Assembly (NCBI GenBank): GCA_937886445.1
Contig: CALGBY010000036.1
Coordinates: 6-32,005, forward strand
Reading direction: 5' to 3'
From: an uncultured Clostridia bacterium
GTDB taxonomy: Bacteria > Bacillota > Clostridia > Christensenellales > Aristaeellaceae
DNA: 32,000 bases
Positions 23,496 through 32,000 of this stretch are shown here, piece by piece (positions within the stretch are counted from its first letter, which is position 1; each line of letters opens with the position of its first letter). The position numbers and the translations under genes were made by a program. The notes below the pieces were generated by a model. That model searched no databases. It was given only the letters and a program-made list of their open reading frames with translations, and had not been told where the DNA came from.

Positions 23496-26400
23496 TTATC
23501 GTGAGTAATCCGTTGGTGTGCGATGTTCGCCATAGTGGCAAGGTTCCTTCAAGCCTTCCAATACAGAAGGCTTATCTTCCGCTTCCACTTCATGTGCTTC
23601 CTGCATGTTATGCTGATCCATGTTCAATTCAGCATCCAGTTCAGCTAATCGGCCACTTTTGGTGCGAAGTTCATCTTCCTGCGGGAAAGGCTTTCCGATT
23701 TCTTCCTTTGCCACAGCCATCTGCTGTTCCATGCTGACCAGATGATCATGCGCGTTTTCGACTTTCTTCTGCATCTGAGCCAGTGCGTTTTCGATACGGA
23801 TGATATTACCGTCGGCAGAGTTGCCGATATCAACACGGTGAGTGAAAGCACCGTGCATCAACAGACGGAACTTGTTTTCAAACGTGTCGTATTCGATTTG
23901 CATGCTCAAGCCACGATAGGAACCGATCTCCGGAGATTTTCCGAAGGAAGCAGTCTTGCATTCTTCCAGGATCGCTTTACCTGCTTCTTCCTTATCTGTG
24001 ATGAAATGTCCGTGAATCGTCATACCTACGAAACCTTCTTCCGGTAGCGGATGGGAAGCAACAGTAGCAATATCCTGATTGATACCGGCGATAATACGCT
24101 GATCCTGTTCGATCTGCTGCGGGAAATACTTCAGCAGTTGATCTTCCAGACGATACTGCTTGCTCTGATGGTCTGCTTTCATCAGTCTCAACCGCGCTAC
24201 ATCTACATCCAGGTCCATTTTTTCCTTGATACGGGGATCACCGGCGCACAAGGCTTTGATCTCGGCGTAGGAAAGCGCAGTTTCATCCACGTCATCGCAG
24301 GAACGGACGGGGCTTTTGCTCGTCATGATCTGAGAGATGAATTTCTGCTTGTTCTCAACCGTCTGCCAGAGATAGGCGTCGAAGGTTGCTTCCGTCACAT
24401 AGCGATAGATGAATACATCCTTGTTCTGATTACCTTGACGGACAATACGGCCAGCGCGCTGCTCAAGGTCACCGGGTCGCCACGGACAATCAAGGTCGTG
24501 CAGGGCTACCAGCCTGTCCTGTACGTTCATACCGGCACCCATCTTCGCAGTACTGCCCATCAGCACACGAACCTGTCCGCTTCGCACTTTTGCAAAAAGC
24601 TCCTTTTTGCGAACTTCGGTATTGGCTTCATGGATGAAGGCAATCTGTTCCGCAGGGATGCCCTGAGCAATCAGCTTGGAACGGATATCATCGTAGATAT
24701 TGAAATTCCCATTGCCGGTTTCTTCCGGAGTGAGAATATCTGAAGGCTGTTCCTTGCCGTCAGAGGATTTTCCGCGAGGCGTAGACAGATCACAGAACAC
24801 GAGCTGTGTAAGCTTATCCGCCTGCCCGTCACGGTAAATACGGAGAATGTTGTTCACACAGGCATTTACCTTACTGCCCGGATCGTCAGGCAGAAGCGGA
24901 TTGATCAATCGCTGATCCAGACCCAGCTTTCTGCCATCGGAAGTAATCTTCAGCATGTTGTCCTCGGAAGGATCAATGCTGCCGGAATGAACTAGCGCGG
25001 CACGTTCGGAAAGCTTGGCTACCATTTCCTGCTGATGCTCGGAAGGCTTCACAACGACCGTTTCATAGTGAGCGTCCGGTGTGGGCAGATGCAGCTGATC
25101 AGCGGTCTTGATATCAGCCACTTCCTTGAAAAGCGTCATCAGTTCGGGCAGATTGAAGAACTTCGCGAAACGAGTACGGGCACGGTAGCCTGTTCCTTCA
25201 GGAGCCAGTTCAATCGCGGTAGTGGTCTCTCCAAAAGTGGAAGCCCAGGCATCGAAGTGAACCATGCCTTTCTCTTTCAGCGTTTTGTACTGAAGATAGC
25301 GCTGCATGGTGTACAGTTCAGTCATACTGTTGGAAACCGGGGTGCCTGTCGCAAACACAGTTCCGCGTCCGCCAGTAATCTCGTCCATGTACTGACACTT
25401 CAGGAACATATCGCTGGATTTCTGCGATTCGGCAGAAGAAAGACCGGCAACATTTCTCATCTTCGTAAAGAGGAAAAGGTTCTTGAAGGCATGACCTTCA
25501 TCAACAAACAACCGGTCTACACCTAGCTGTTCAAAGGTGACCACATGATCCTTCTTTTCTGCCGCTTCCAGTTTCTGAAGCTTGTTTTCCAACTGGCGTC
25601 TGGTTCTTTCAAGCTGTTTGATGGAGAACTGTTCGCCACGATGATGCTTCAGCTCAGAAATACCATCCGTGATCTCATCGATCTGATCCTGCAGCATACG
25701 CTGCTGGCGTTCCTGGGAAACCGGGATTCTTTCAAACTGACTGTGACCGATAATCACCGCGTCATAATCGCCGGTAGCAATTCGGGCACAGAACTTCTGC
25801 CGGTTGGCTTTCTCAAAATCCTTTTTGGTAGCCACAAGAATATTGGAACTGGGATACAGACGGAGAAACTCCGAAGCCCACTGCTCCGTCAGATGATTCG
25901 GCACAACGAACAGAGGCTTTTGACAAAGCCCCAGGCGTTTGGATTCCATAGCGGCGGCAACCATTTCGAAAGTTTTGCCAGCGCCAACCTCGTGTGCCAG
26001 TAGTGTATTGCCGCCGTACAGGATGTGTGCGACAGCATTCCGCTGATGCTCTCTCAGAGAGATTTCCGGGGTCATACCTGCAAACGCAATATGCTGACCG
26101 TCATACTCGCGGGGACGGATGGAATTGAAAAGCTCATTGTAGCGGGTAACAAGCCGGTCACGACGGTATGGATCCTTCCAGATCCAGTCACGGTAGGCAT
26201 CTTTGATTGCTTGTTGCTTCTGCTGAGCCAGTGTGGTTTCTTTCTGGTTCAGGACACGACGTTCTTTGCCGTCTGCGTCCTCAATCGTATCGTAGATACG
26301 CACATCCCGCAGATTCAGCGTATCTTCCAGAATCCTGTAAGCGTTTGCTCTGTCGGTTCCGTAAGTCACATAGGCTGCAACGTTGCTGGAGGAAATCATG

Positions 26401-29400
26401 GTCTTGCCGTCAATGTTCCATTCAGCCGTGTAGGGAGAAAAGTTGACAGTTAGATACCGCTGAAGATACATGGGAGTACCGAAGGTTTCATACATAAAAT
26501 CCGCAATGGTCTCCTTATCCACCCAGGTAGCACCCAGTCGGACATCAATCTCGGAAGCATCCAGATCCTTGGGTTGAGCTGCTTCCAACGCATGAACATT
26601 CGGTTCATACAAAGGATTGATTTCTGCTGCGGAAATCGCGTCACGAAGCTTCTGACGGACATTGCCGGAAAGATATTCGTCCGCGGTCACATAGGATTCA
26701 AAGAGCGGTGTATGAGTCTGTCCGTTCGGGACCGGGAAGATCACGCCGGTAAGCTGCTGCGTGATTTCCTCTTTGGGAATATCGGTTAACTGCTCCATAT
26801 AATCCAGATCGACTTTAGCCTTTTCCGCGATGGAAATAGCCAGTGCTTCGGTCGCAGTATCTACATGCGCAGCCACCTGATGCTGACGGATGGTGCGCTT
26901 GGTGAACATATCCGCTTTACGGGCTAGTTCACCCTGTTCATTGATCACTTCCAGAGAACAGAGCAGATAGTAGGAAGCGTCTTCAGAGAACACATTGGCA
27001 TTACCGCGGGAGTTAATCAGACCAAACCGTGCGGTATAACTGTCATACAGTTTGTCCAACTTTCTCTGAATAGCATGAATCTCATCATCATTGGCATTAT
27101 CCAACTGAGCTTGAATCAGTTCATTCACGCAATTCCGAAGTTCAACCAGCCCTTTGGCGCGTTCTTTCGCCGTCGGATTCAGATCGGGCTGAATCATGAT
27201 AGAGTTAGTGCGGTAATACACATCTCCGTCAACGACCGTGTAGGAGTAGTTTTTTACATTCGGATCAGCGGGGATCGTGTTTCGGATAGCTTCATTCTCA
27301 TTAAGTTCCGGAGGTTCCGCTTCCAGGTACTGTCCGCTGATATGGGTAACAGCTTCGCGCAACTGCTCTGAAAGGTCAGCGCCTTCGATGGGAACACAGG
27401 CCGTTTCGGTCTGATTCCCGTACATCCGGTTATCCCACACCATTGTGCCGAGGACCATTTCGGGATGCTCGGCAAAATAGCTGTTGATTGGCAATCCGTC
27501 TTCAGTCTGTCCGAGATGCACCCAATCCGGTTCGATAGCAATGGGCTGTTCTCTCTTTTGCAGGAAGATGATATCACTGGTCACTTCAGTGCCGGCATTC
27601 GCCTTGAAGGCTGTGTTCGGCAGACGGATCGCGCCCAGAAGTTCAGCTCTCTGCGCGATGTATTTCCGGACTTCGGGATTCTGCTTATCCATCGTTCCCT
27701 TGGAAGTGATGAAAGCAACAACGCCGCCGGGGCGAACCTGGTCCAATGTCTTCGCAAAGAAATAGTCATGGATCAGGAAGTTATACTTGTCAAAGGCACG
27801 GTCCTGTACCTTATAGGAACCAAAGGGCACATTGCCGATAGCCAGATCAAAGAAGTCCTTTTTATCAGTCGTTTCAAATCCAGCGACCGTGATATCTGCC
27901 TTGGGATAAAGCTTCTGAGCGATTCTTCCGGTAATGCTGTCTAACTCAACACCGTACAGCCGGCTTTCGGTCATACTGTCTGGAAGCATACCGAAGAAGT
28001 TACCCACACCGCAGCTGGGTTCCAGTACATTGCCTGTATGGAACCCCATCTGTTCCACCGCATCATAGATGGCACGGATCACAATGGGACTGGTGTAATG
28101 CGCGTTCAGCGTAGAACTGCGGGCAGCAATGTATTCTTCGGGAGTCAATGCCGCGGACAATTCCACATATTCATCTGACCAGTTGGGTTTGGTTTCATCA
28201 AAAGCGTCTGCCAAACCACCCCAGCCAACATAGCGGGAAAGGATTTCCTGTTCATCGTGTGTTGCGGATCTCTGCTCCGCTTCCAACTGCTTCAGCAGAT
28301 GAATGGCGTTCATATTGGCTTGGAACTTAGATTTCGCACCGCCTTCGCCTAGATGATCGTCCGTGATATGGAAGTTTTCAGCAATGGGAGCAGGAGGCTC
28401 AGGAACACGTTCTTCTTCAGCAGTCGCAGTGAGATCAATCACGATACTACGAAGATGTAGTTCCTCGTCCGGGGTTTCGGTGGATTCATGGACAGGAAGC
28501 AGATTATTATTGCGTTCGTCTTGAGCCAGTAGTCTTTCAAATTGTTCAATGCTTTCGGCACGGAGTACAGGATATACGAGCGTCGGATCACGAAGCTGAA
28601 CACCGAAAGGAGTCTTTTCTTCGATCAAAAAAGCGGTACCGTCCAGATAAACGGTATCGCCGACATCGTAGGTATGAGGTTCTGTACTTTCGGTCTGAGA
28701 GATTACCGGTTCGCTGATTGGTTCGGCAATGGGCTCATCCGCTGTCTCTTCAGCTTCAAGCATTTCATTCGGAACATCCTCCGGAGTGAAATCCTGTTCT
28801 TCTTCGTCGGGTTCTTCCGGAGAAGACATTTCAGCAACTCTCTCTTCCGCTTCACGAAGCTGAAGGACTTCTTTCTCCTTTTCGGTAAGATAGAGATCCT
28901 TGCGAATCAGAGTTACAACACGGGAAGAAACCTGTGACCAGGTGAGAAGCACCTGAGGCGCATCGCCTTTCTGAAGCTGGATTCCCTTGGAATCGTGGTT
29001 CTCGCCGCTGTGGTCGGAGCCGGAAACAGCGTGAGATCTTCCGCCGATTCCATATTCGTTCTTCAGAAAATCGGCTCTCTCTTTGGTGGAATGAGGCGGG
29101 AAAGCAGTGAAATACTGATAAATCCGACCTTTGCCACCGGCAACACTGCTGCCGCCCGTAATTGTTGCGTCAATTTCGTCTTCCGTAATGAAGGTCTGAA
29201 CCCGGGCTACTTCTGTCAGCAGGGAATCATAAGTCCGCCTTGGCATAACCAGTTCATTCAGCGCGGGAACCATGAATTCCGGTGTATAGAACCGGAAACG
29301 CATCAGATCATGATTCTGCCGGTAAGCATCGGTAAAAGTTCTTGCTTCCTCAGTTAACAGAGAAACGAAATCAGGATCTGTGAGTGCATTTGCCAGGCGA

Positions 29401-31100
29401 GCAGTTTCTTCAGGAAAACCTCCTCCTCGCAGAGCTTTCAGTGTCGGCATGTATTCTTCTGCTTCAGAAGCCATATCCCGACTCATATACCACAGACTTT
29501 CAGCGAGGCGTTTCCGTTCATGAATCGGTGCTGAGGCCAGTTCAAGCATACTGAGATACTGACCGGATTCCATCAGATCGCCGATCCTCTTGGCTGCGTC
29601 TTCCCAGGTCAACAGTTGGGACATATGAACATTGCGCGCGTATTTGCCATTAGCAATCCGAATGCCGGAATCTTCATACCATGCACTGTACTGCCTGCCG
29701 TTGATAACCAGACCGTTTCCACCGTGATAGAGGCGTTGCATCCGTTCTGCGATGGTTGTAACAGGCATCTGCTTCATAAAGTCGTTGGCAATGATCAACC
29801 GTAGATCAGTGGTGTTGCCGCCCTGACGCAGTACCTCGTCCACAACTTCCTGGGGTACAGAAAAAGCGAAGGGCGTTTGTACGCTCTCCGCTTCAAGGAT
29901 ATCAATCAGTTCAATCTGTTCACTTTCGCTCGGAACAATGAAACTCATTTGTTCCGAAAGCCGCATCAGTCTGGATTGTTCTTCGGGGGTTAGTTGTAGA
30001 TCAGTTCCGAGAGAATCGTCTCTTCCGCCTGGTGCTGCAGATTGTTCATCTGCGCTACCCAGCTCATCTGATCCTTCGCCTTCAGTTCCTCCGTCACGTT
30101 GTACTGCTTCTTCAGGTTCGTCATCAGGGCTTCCATCCTCGTCTGCGCGGTCTTCTCGATCTCCTGCAGGTGCGGCATCAGCTTCCCGGTCAGGAGCAGC
30201 CGACTGAACAGGCCAGGACGGTTCTCCTTCAGATAGTCTTGACGCATCAGTGCGTACTTGCCCAGCGGGGTGTCGATCTTGTCCGCTTCGGTCAGAATCA
30301 AGTTCGGGAACAGGTAATCTCCCTTCCGGGTGTAAGTCAGCTCGCTCATTTTCATGGCTCCTTTCATAGCTCTTGATAGTTGCTTCGATCTGCCTCAGAA
30401 CTGTACTGCTGATTGTATTGATCGCGGTTCCCAGTTCCATCAGGGCAACGGGAGTGTTCCAGTTGAAGACATCCGCGAAATCTTCTCGTTCAGCTTCCGG
30501 TTCCAGTCCGCACCGGCTTTCCAGAGTGAACTGGAGGCTGTTTGCCGCCAGTTTCCGGAAGGAGGCCCCGATGCTGAAATCATCATACCCCTGCATAAAG
30601 GTATCCGCAACGCTGTCGATGATGTCTCTACGATGCTCGCGCCAGTAATCCAGTGCTTTCCTCTGCGCAATCTGCTCAAGCTGGGCAGCAAGGCCCAAAG
30701 AGGCAAGCGCATCAAAGCGGTCTTCCAGCATATCGGAAACACTGGATAAATGTTCTTCACGTAGAACCCAGGGATTCACGCTCAGAGAATTATGGCGTTC
30801 TCCAGTATCGGACACATCAAATACATAACGCAGTCGCGGACCGTAAGGGGTAGGTGTGATCAGTGCGATGCCCTTTGTGCCCTTGCGAATGTATCTGTGC
30901 ATGGTGTTGTTCCAAAGGTCGAATTCAGCACAGGCCGTCGCATCAGGACGCTGGGCATAGATCAGAAGCTGATCATAATAGTTGTATTTGTAAAGCCGTG
31001 CGGATGTGGTCAGGAAATCAGCCCAGCCGCGGTAATCACCGGCAAGCTTTCGGGCTGTATCATCAGCCAGTTCCACATATTCCTGTGCTTTGTTGGGCAT
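23496..31100 (-). CDS. Polyvalent conjugative-element protein: ArdC-like N-domain, low-complexity linker, uncharacterised domains, N6-adenine DNA methyltransferase, SNF2/DEAD-like helicase
   Basis: ATG 31100 (MPNKAQEY...) lies 7 nt after AAGGAG. ArdC-N-like segment: YDQLLIYAQRPDATACAEFDLWNNTMHRYIRKGTKGIALI. MTase motif I VLEPSCGVGNFFG (27990-28028) and motif IV GNVPFG (27819-27836). Helicase motifs: Walker A VGAGKTFE (25965-25988), DEGH (25491-25502), ATGTPVSNS, and motif VI QRAGRIVRQG (24432-24461). Confidence 0.9.
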   Translation of the reverse strand: MPNKAQEYVELADDTARKLAGDYRGWADFLTTSARLYKYNYYDQLLIYAQRPDATACAEFDLWNNTMHRYIRKGTKGIALITPTPYGPRLRYVFDVSDTGERHNSLSVNPWVLREEHLSSVSDMLEDRFDALASLGLAAQLEQIAQRKALDYWREHRRDIIDSVADTFMQGYDDFSIGASFRKLAANSLQFTLESRCGLEPEAEREDFADVFNWNTPVALMELGTAINTISSTVLRQIEATIKSYERSHENERADLHPEGRLPVPELDSDRSGQDRHPAGQVRTDASRLSEGEPSWPVQSAAPDREADAAPAGDREDRADEDGSPDDEPEEAVQRDGGTEGEGSDELGSADEQSAAPGGRDDSLGTDLQLTPEEQSRLMRLSEQMSFIVPSESEQIELIDILEAESVQTPFAFSVPQEVVDEVLRQGGNTTDLRLIIANDFMKQMPVTTIAERMQRLYHGGNGLVINGRQYSAWYEDSGIRIANGKYARNVHMSQLLTWEDAAKRIGDLMESGQYLSMLELASAPIHERKRLAESLWYMSRDMASEAEEYMPTLKALRGGGFPEETARLANALTDPDFVSLLTEEARTFTDAYRQNHDLMRFRFYTPEFMVPALNELVMPRRTYDSLLTEVARVQTFITEDEIDATITGGSSVAGGKGRIYQYFTAFPPHSTKERADFLKNEYGIGGRSHAVSGSDHSGENHDSKGIQLQKGDAPQVLLTWSQVSSRVVTLIRKDLYLTEKEKEVLQLREAEERVAEMSSPEEPDEEEQDFTPEDVPNEMLEAEETADEPIAEPISEPVISQTESTEPHTYDVGDTVYLDGTAFLIEEKTPFGVQLRDPTLVYPVLRAESIEQFERLLAQDERNNNLLPVHESTETPDEELHLRSIVIDLTATAEEERVPEPPAPIAENFHITDDHLGEGGAKSKFQANMNAIHLLKQLEAEQRSATHDEQEILSRYVGWGGLADAFDETKPNWSDEYVELSAALTPEEYIAARSSTLNAHYTSPIVIRAIYDAVEQMGFHTGNVLEPSCGVGNFFGMLPDSMTESRLYGVELDSITGRIAQKLYPKADITVAGFETTDKKDFFDLAIGNVPFGSYKVQDRAFDKYNFLIHDYFFAKTLDQVRPGGVVAFITSKGTMDKQNPEVRKYIAQRAELLGAIRLPNTAFKANAGTEVTSDIIFLQKREQPIAIEPDWVHLGQTEDGLPINSYFAEHPEMVLGTMVWDNRMYGNQTETACVPIEGADLSEQLREAVTHISGQYLEAEPPELNENEAIRNTIPADPNVKNYSYTVVDGDVYYRTNSIMIQPDLNPTAKERAKGLVELRNCVNELIQAQLDNANDDEIHAIQRKLDKLYDSYTARFGLINSRGNANVFSEDASYYLLCSLEVINEQGELARKADMFTKRTIRQHQVAAHVDTATEALAISIAEKAKVDLDYMEQLTDIPKEEITQQLTGVIFPVPNGQTHTPLFESYVTADEYLSGNVRQKLRDAISAAEINPLYEPNVHALEAAQPKDLDASEIDVRLGATWVDKETIADFMYETFGTPMYLQRYLTVNFSPYTAEWNIDGKTMISSSNVAAYVTYGTDRANAYRILEDTLNLRDVRIYDTIEDADGKERRVLNQKETTLAQQKQQAIKDAYRDWIWKDPYRRDRLVTRYNELFNSIRPREYDGQHIAFAGMTPEISLREHQRNAVAHILYGGNTLLAHEVGAGKTFEMVAAAMESKRLGLCQKPLFVVPNHLTEQWASEFLRLYPSSNILVATKKDFEKANRQKFCARIATGDYDAVIIGHSQFERIPVSQERQQRMLQDQIDEITDGISELKHHRGEQFSIKQLERTRRQLENKLQKLEAAEKKDHVVTFEQLGVDRLFVDEGHAFKNLFLFTKMRNVAGLSSAESQKSSDMFLKCQYMDEITGGRGTVFATGTPVSNSMTELYTMQRYLQYKTLKEKGMVHFDAWASTFGETTTAIELAPEGTGYRARTRFAKFFNLPELMTLFKEVADIKTADQLHLPTPDAHYETVVVKPSEHQQEMVAKLSERAALVHSGSIDPSEDNMLKITSDGRKLGLDQRLINPLLPDDPGSKVNACVNNILRIYRDGQADKLTQLVFCDLSTPRGKSSDGKEQPSDILTPEETGNGNFNIYDDIRSKLIAQGIPAEQIAFIHEANTEVRKKELFAKVRSGQVRVLMGSTAKMGAGMNVQDRLVALHDLDCPWRPGDLEQRAGRIVRQGNQNKDVFIYRYVTEATFDAYLWQTVENKQKFISQIMTSKSPVRSCDDVDETALSYAEIKALCAGDPRIKEKMDLDVDVARLRLMKADHQSKQYRLEDQLLKYFPQQIEQDQRIIAGINQDIATVASHPLPEEGFVGMTIHGHFITDKEEAGKAILEECKTASFGKSPEIGSYRGLSMQIEYDTFENKFRLLMHGAFTHRVDIGNSADGNIIRIENALAQMQKKVENAHDHLVSMEQQMAVAKEEIGKPFPQEDELRTKSGRLAELDAELNMDQHNMQEAHEVEAEDKPSVLEGLKEPCHYGEHRTPTDYSR
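29990..30349 (-). CDS. tnpV: TnpV-family protein (copy 2), nested out of frame inside the polyvalent ORF
   Basis: ATG 30349 lies 8 nt after AAAGGAG (30358-30364), and TAA is at 29990-29992. MSELTYTRKGDYLFPNL...LGKYALMRQDYLKENRPGLFSRLLLTGKLMPHLQEIE...DQMSWVAQMNNLQHQAEETILSELIYN is full-length and collinear with TnpV copy 1. About 99 of 119 codons end in G/C by hand count. Confidence 0.7.
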   Translation of the reverse strand: MSELTYTRKGDYLFPNLILTEADKIDTPLGKYALMRQDYLKENRPGLFSRLLLTGKLMPHLQEIEKTAQTRMEALMTNLKKQYNVTEELKAKDQMSWVAQMNNLQHQAEETILSELIYN

Positions 31101-31135
31101 ACTCAATCTCCTTTTCAGTCAGTTTTGTTAATGTA

Positions 31136-31432
31136 TCATTCAATTTCAGCATCTGGATCAATCTCGTCAAACAGATCGAGATAAAATCCGTCATACGCTG
31201 AATCTTCACAATCGAACGAACAGTCCGGTGTCAGACTATCGCTGAGTTCGTCATATTCCTCATCGCTCATATCCTTGAGCTTATGAATCACACCATCAGC
31301 CAAATCATGAAGATCTGTTTCATCCGGCATCAAATAACGCATCATGTTCTTCAATTCCTTTATGGTTCCTTTACGGTTCCCGGGGTCATAGATACAGATC
31401 AAATTGAGTTCTTCAGTAGTAAAAACAGTCAT
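31136..31432 (-). CDS. Transposon-transfer-assisting (TTA) family protein
   Basis: ATG 31432 lies 6 nt after AGGAGG. FTTEELNLICIYDPGNRKGTIKELKNMMRYLMPDETDLHDLADGVIHKLKDMSDEEYDEL follows the family pattern I recall (FT.EE.NL.C.Y......I..L......L..DE.EL..L...V..KL..MSDEEF). Confidence 0.7.
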   Translation of the reverse strand: MTVFTTEELNLICIYDPGNRKGTIKELKNMMRYLMPDETDLHDLADGVIHKLKDMSDEEYDELSDSLTPDCSFDCEDSAYDGFYLDLFDEIDPDAEIE

Positions 31433-31462
31433 GTGAACCTCCTGTTGTTTGATTTAGAAGGG

Positions 31463-31496
31463 CAAAAAGAAACAGGATGATCAACTGGTCATCCTG
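31463..31496 (-). terminator. Rho-independent terminator downstream of the GNAT gene
   Basis: CAGGATGA-tcaactgg-TCATCCTG (31473-31496), followed on the minus strand by TTTCTTTTTG. A second AT-rich hairpin GGGATAAAT-caaac-ATTTATCCC lies at 31564-31586. Confidence 0.6.
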
Positions 31497-31602
31497 CTTC
31501 AAAATTGTGTATTCTGTTGTTTGAAAAGTCCCGATATTACTGGGTTTGTTGGTACTCCATAGCGGGATAAATCAAACATTTATCCCCGTAATTTAATTCG
31601 AT

Positions 31603-32000
31603 TCAGCCTGGATTGAGGCACTTCCTCAGCATAATGATCTGATCAGTCCGGTATTCTTCTTCAAATCCATTTTTGAGGAATAGTGTAACTGCTGGGTTAT
31701 TGATTGCAATATCATCATGAAGAACGAAAACACCGTTTTTCTTTGCTTCATTGCACAAAAGCTTTAAGGCAGCAGTTCCGTAACCATGATGACGATATTT
31801 GGAATGGATGATAACATCAACAAGCCACAGATCCTGTTCTGAATCATGATGCCATGCAGCTTCGCCAATGTAGATACGGCTGTTATCAAGTGTCACATAC
31901 CGATAGAAACGCTCTCCACAGGGATTTTTTACCCAGTGGTCGAACCAGTCTTTCCATTTATCTTTTGTAAACTGGATTGTACCACCCCATGCATTGTTGT
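31603..32000 (-). CDS. GNAT-family N-acetyltransferase (5' end outside the window)
   Basis: HSKYRHHGYGTAALKLLCNEAKKNG is the acetyl-CoA binding R/Q-x-x-G-x-G/A motif region, and FLKNGFEEE follows. The frame remains open to position 32000 beyond the GTG used by the ORF track. Confidence 0.8.
   Translation of the reverse strand, partial: NNAWGGTIQFTKDKWKDWFDHWVKNPCGERFYRYVTLDNSRIYIGEAAWHHDSEQDLWLVDVIIHSKYRHHGYGTAALKLLCNEAKKNGVFVLHDDIAINNPAVTLFLKNGFEEEYRTDQIIMLRKCLNPG

Larger units (their letters stand above)
19142..31432 (-). mobile_element. Backbone fragment of a conjugative/mobilizable element (relaxosome, primase-like and polyvalent anti-restriction-type genes)
   Basis: Co-directional, tightly packed genes: TTA, polyvalent protein, CHC2 primase-like, DUF3846, MobC, MOBP relaxase remnant. 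No T4SS genes or element ends are visible in the window. Confidence 0.5.

Noticed and set aside
23500-31100. Many 60-230-aa ORFs on the plus strand and in other minus frames inside the polyvalent gene (e.g. 24051..24743, 25035..25526, 27465..27944, 29938..30207, 30032..30376).
   Set aside because: They are antisense or out of frame to a gene with unambiguous domain motifs. They have no SD-start pairing, and their translations are low-complexity or Arg/Leu/Ser-rich, as expected for shadow ORFs. Only the 29990..30349 ORF has independent family-level similarity.
1-32000. Scan for CRISPR arrays, tRNA/rRNA genes, DDE transposases with terminal inverted repeats, and tyrosine integrases.
   Set aside because: I found no regularly spaced short repeats, no tRNA-like T-arm/acceptor signatures, no rRNA-like segments, and no ORFs with DDE or R-H-R-Y hallmarks by eye. 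A covariance-model scan would be needed to exclude small RNAs.

Overview
This window is a 32-kb mosaic of mobile DNA, coded almost entirely on the minus strand. The gene families are typical of Clostridia-class Firmicutes; that is an inference from family content only. Three blocks are read here from right to left.

(i) About 19.1-32 kb is a backbone fragment of a conjugative or mobilizable element. It carries a partial GNAT acetyltransferase, a transposon-transfer-assisting protein, and a 2534-aa polyvalent protein (ArdC-like N-domain, N6-adenine methyltransferase, SNF2-type helicase). It also carries a plus-strand islet (HU plus a small serine resolvase), a CHC2 zinc-finger primase-like protein, DUF3846, MobC, and a MOBP-type relaxase cut off after 122 aa.

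(ii) About 9.6-19.1 kb is a serine-recombinase element that abuts that truncation (TnpV, two tandem large serine recombinases, TnpW-like). It carries plasmid-type maintenance and mobilization functions: ParM/ParR-like, DinJ-YafQ, DUF3847, a MobA/MobL relaxase with a recognisable MOBQ-type oriT, and a small resolvase. No replication initiator is present.

(iii) About 0.25-8.6 kb is a lower-GC co-directional gene set. It encodes a 1731-aa secreted multi-hydrolase with an internal ~0.94-kb tandem duplication, a lipoprotein, and a zinc-ribbon/polytopic-membrane/LRR protein.

The most unusual observation is a complete second tnpV gene with its own Shine-Dalgarno. It is nested out of frame inside the polyvalent ORF and is exactly coextensive with that protein's low-complexity linker. 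I recognised no rRNA, tRNA or CRISPR array. All domain calls come from reading motifs by eye; no searches were run.
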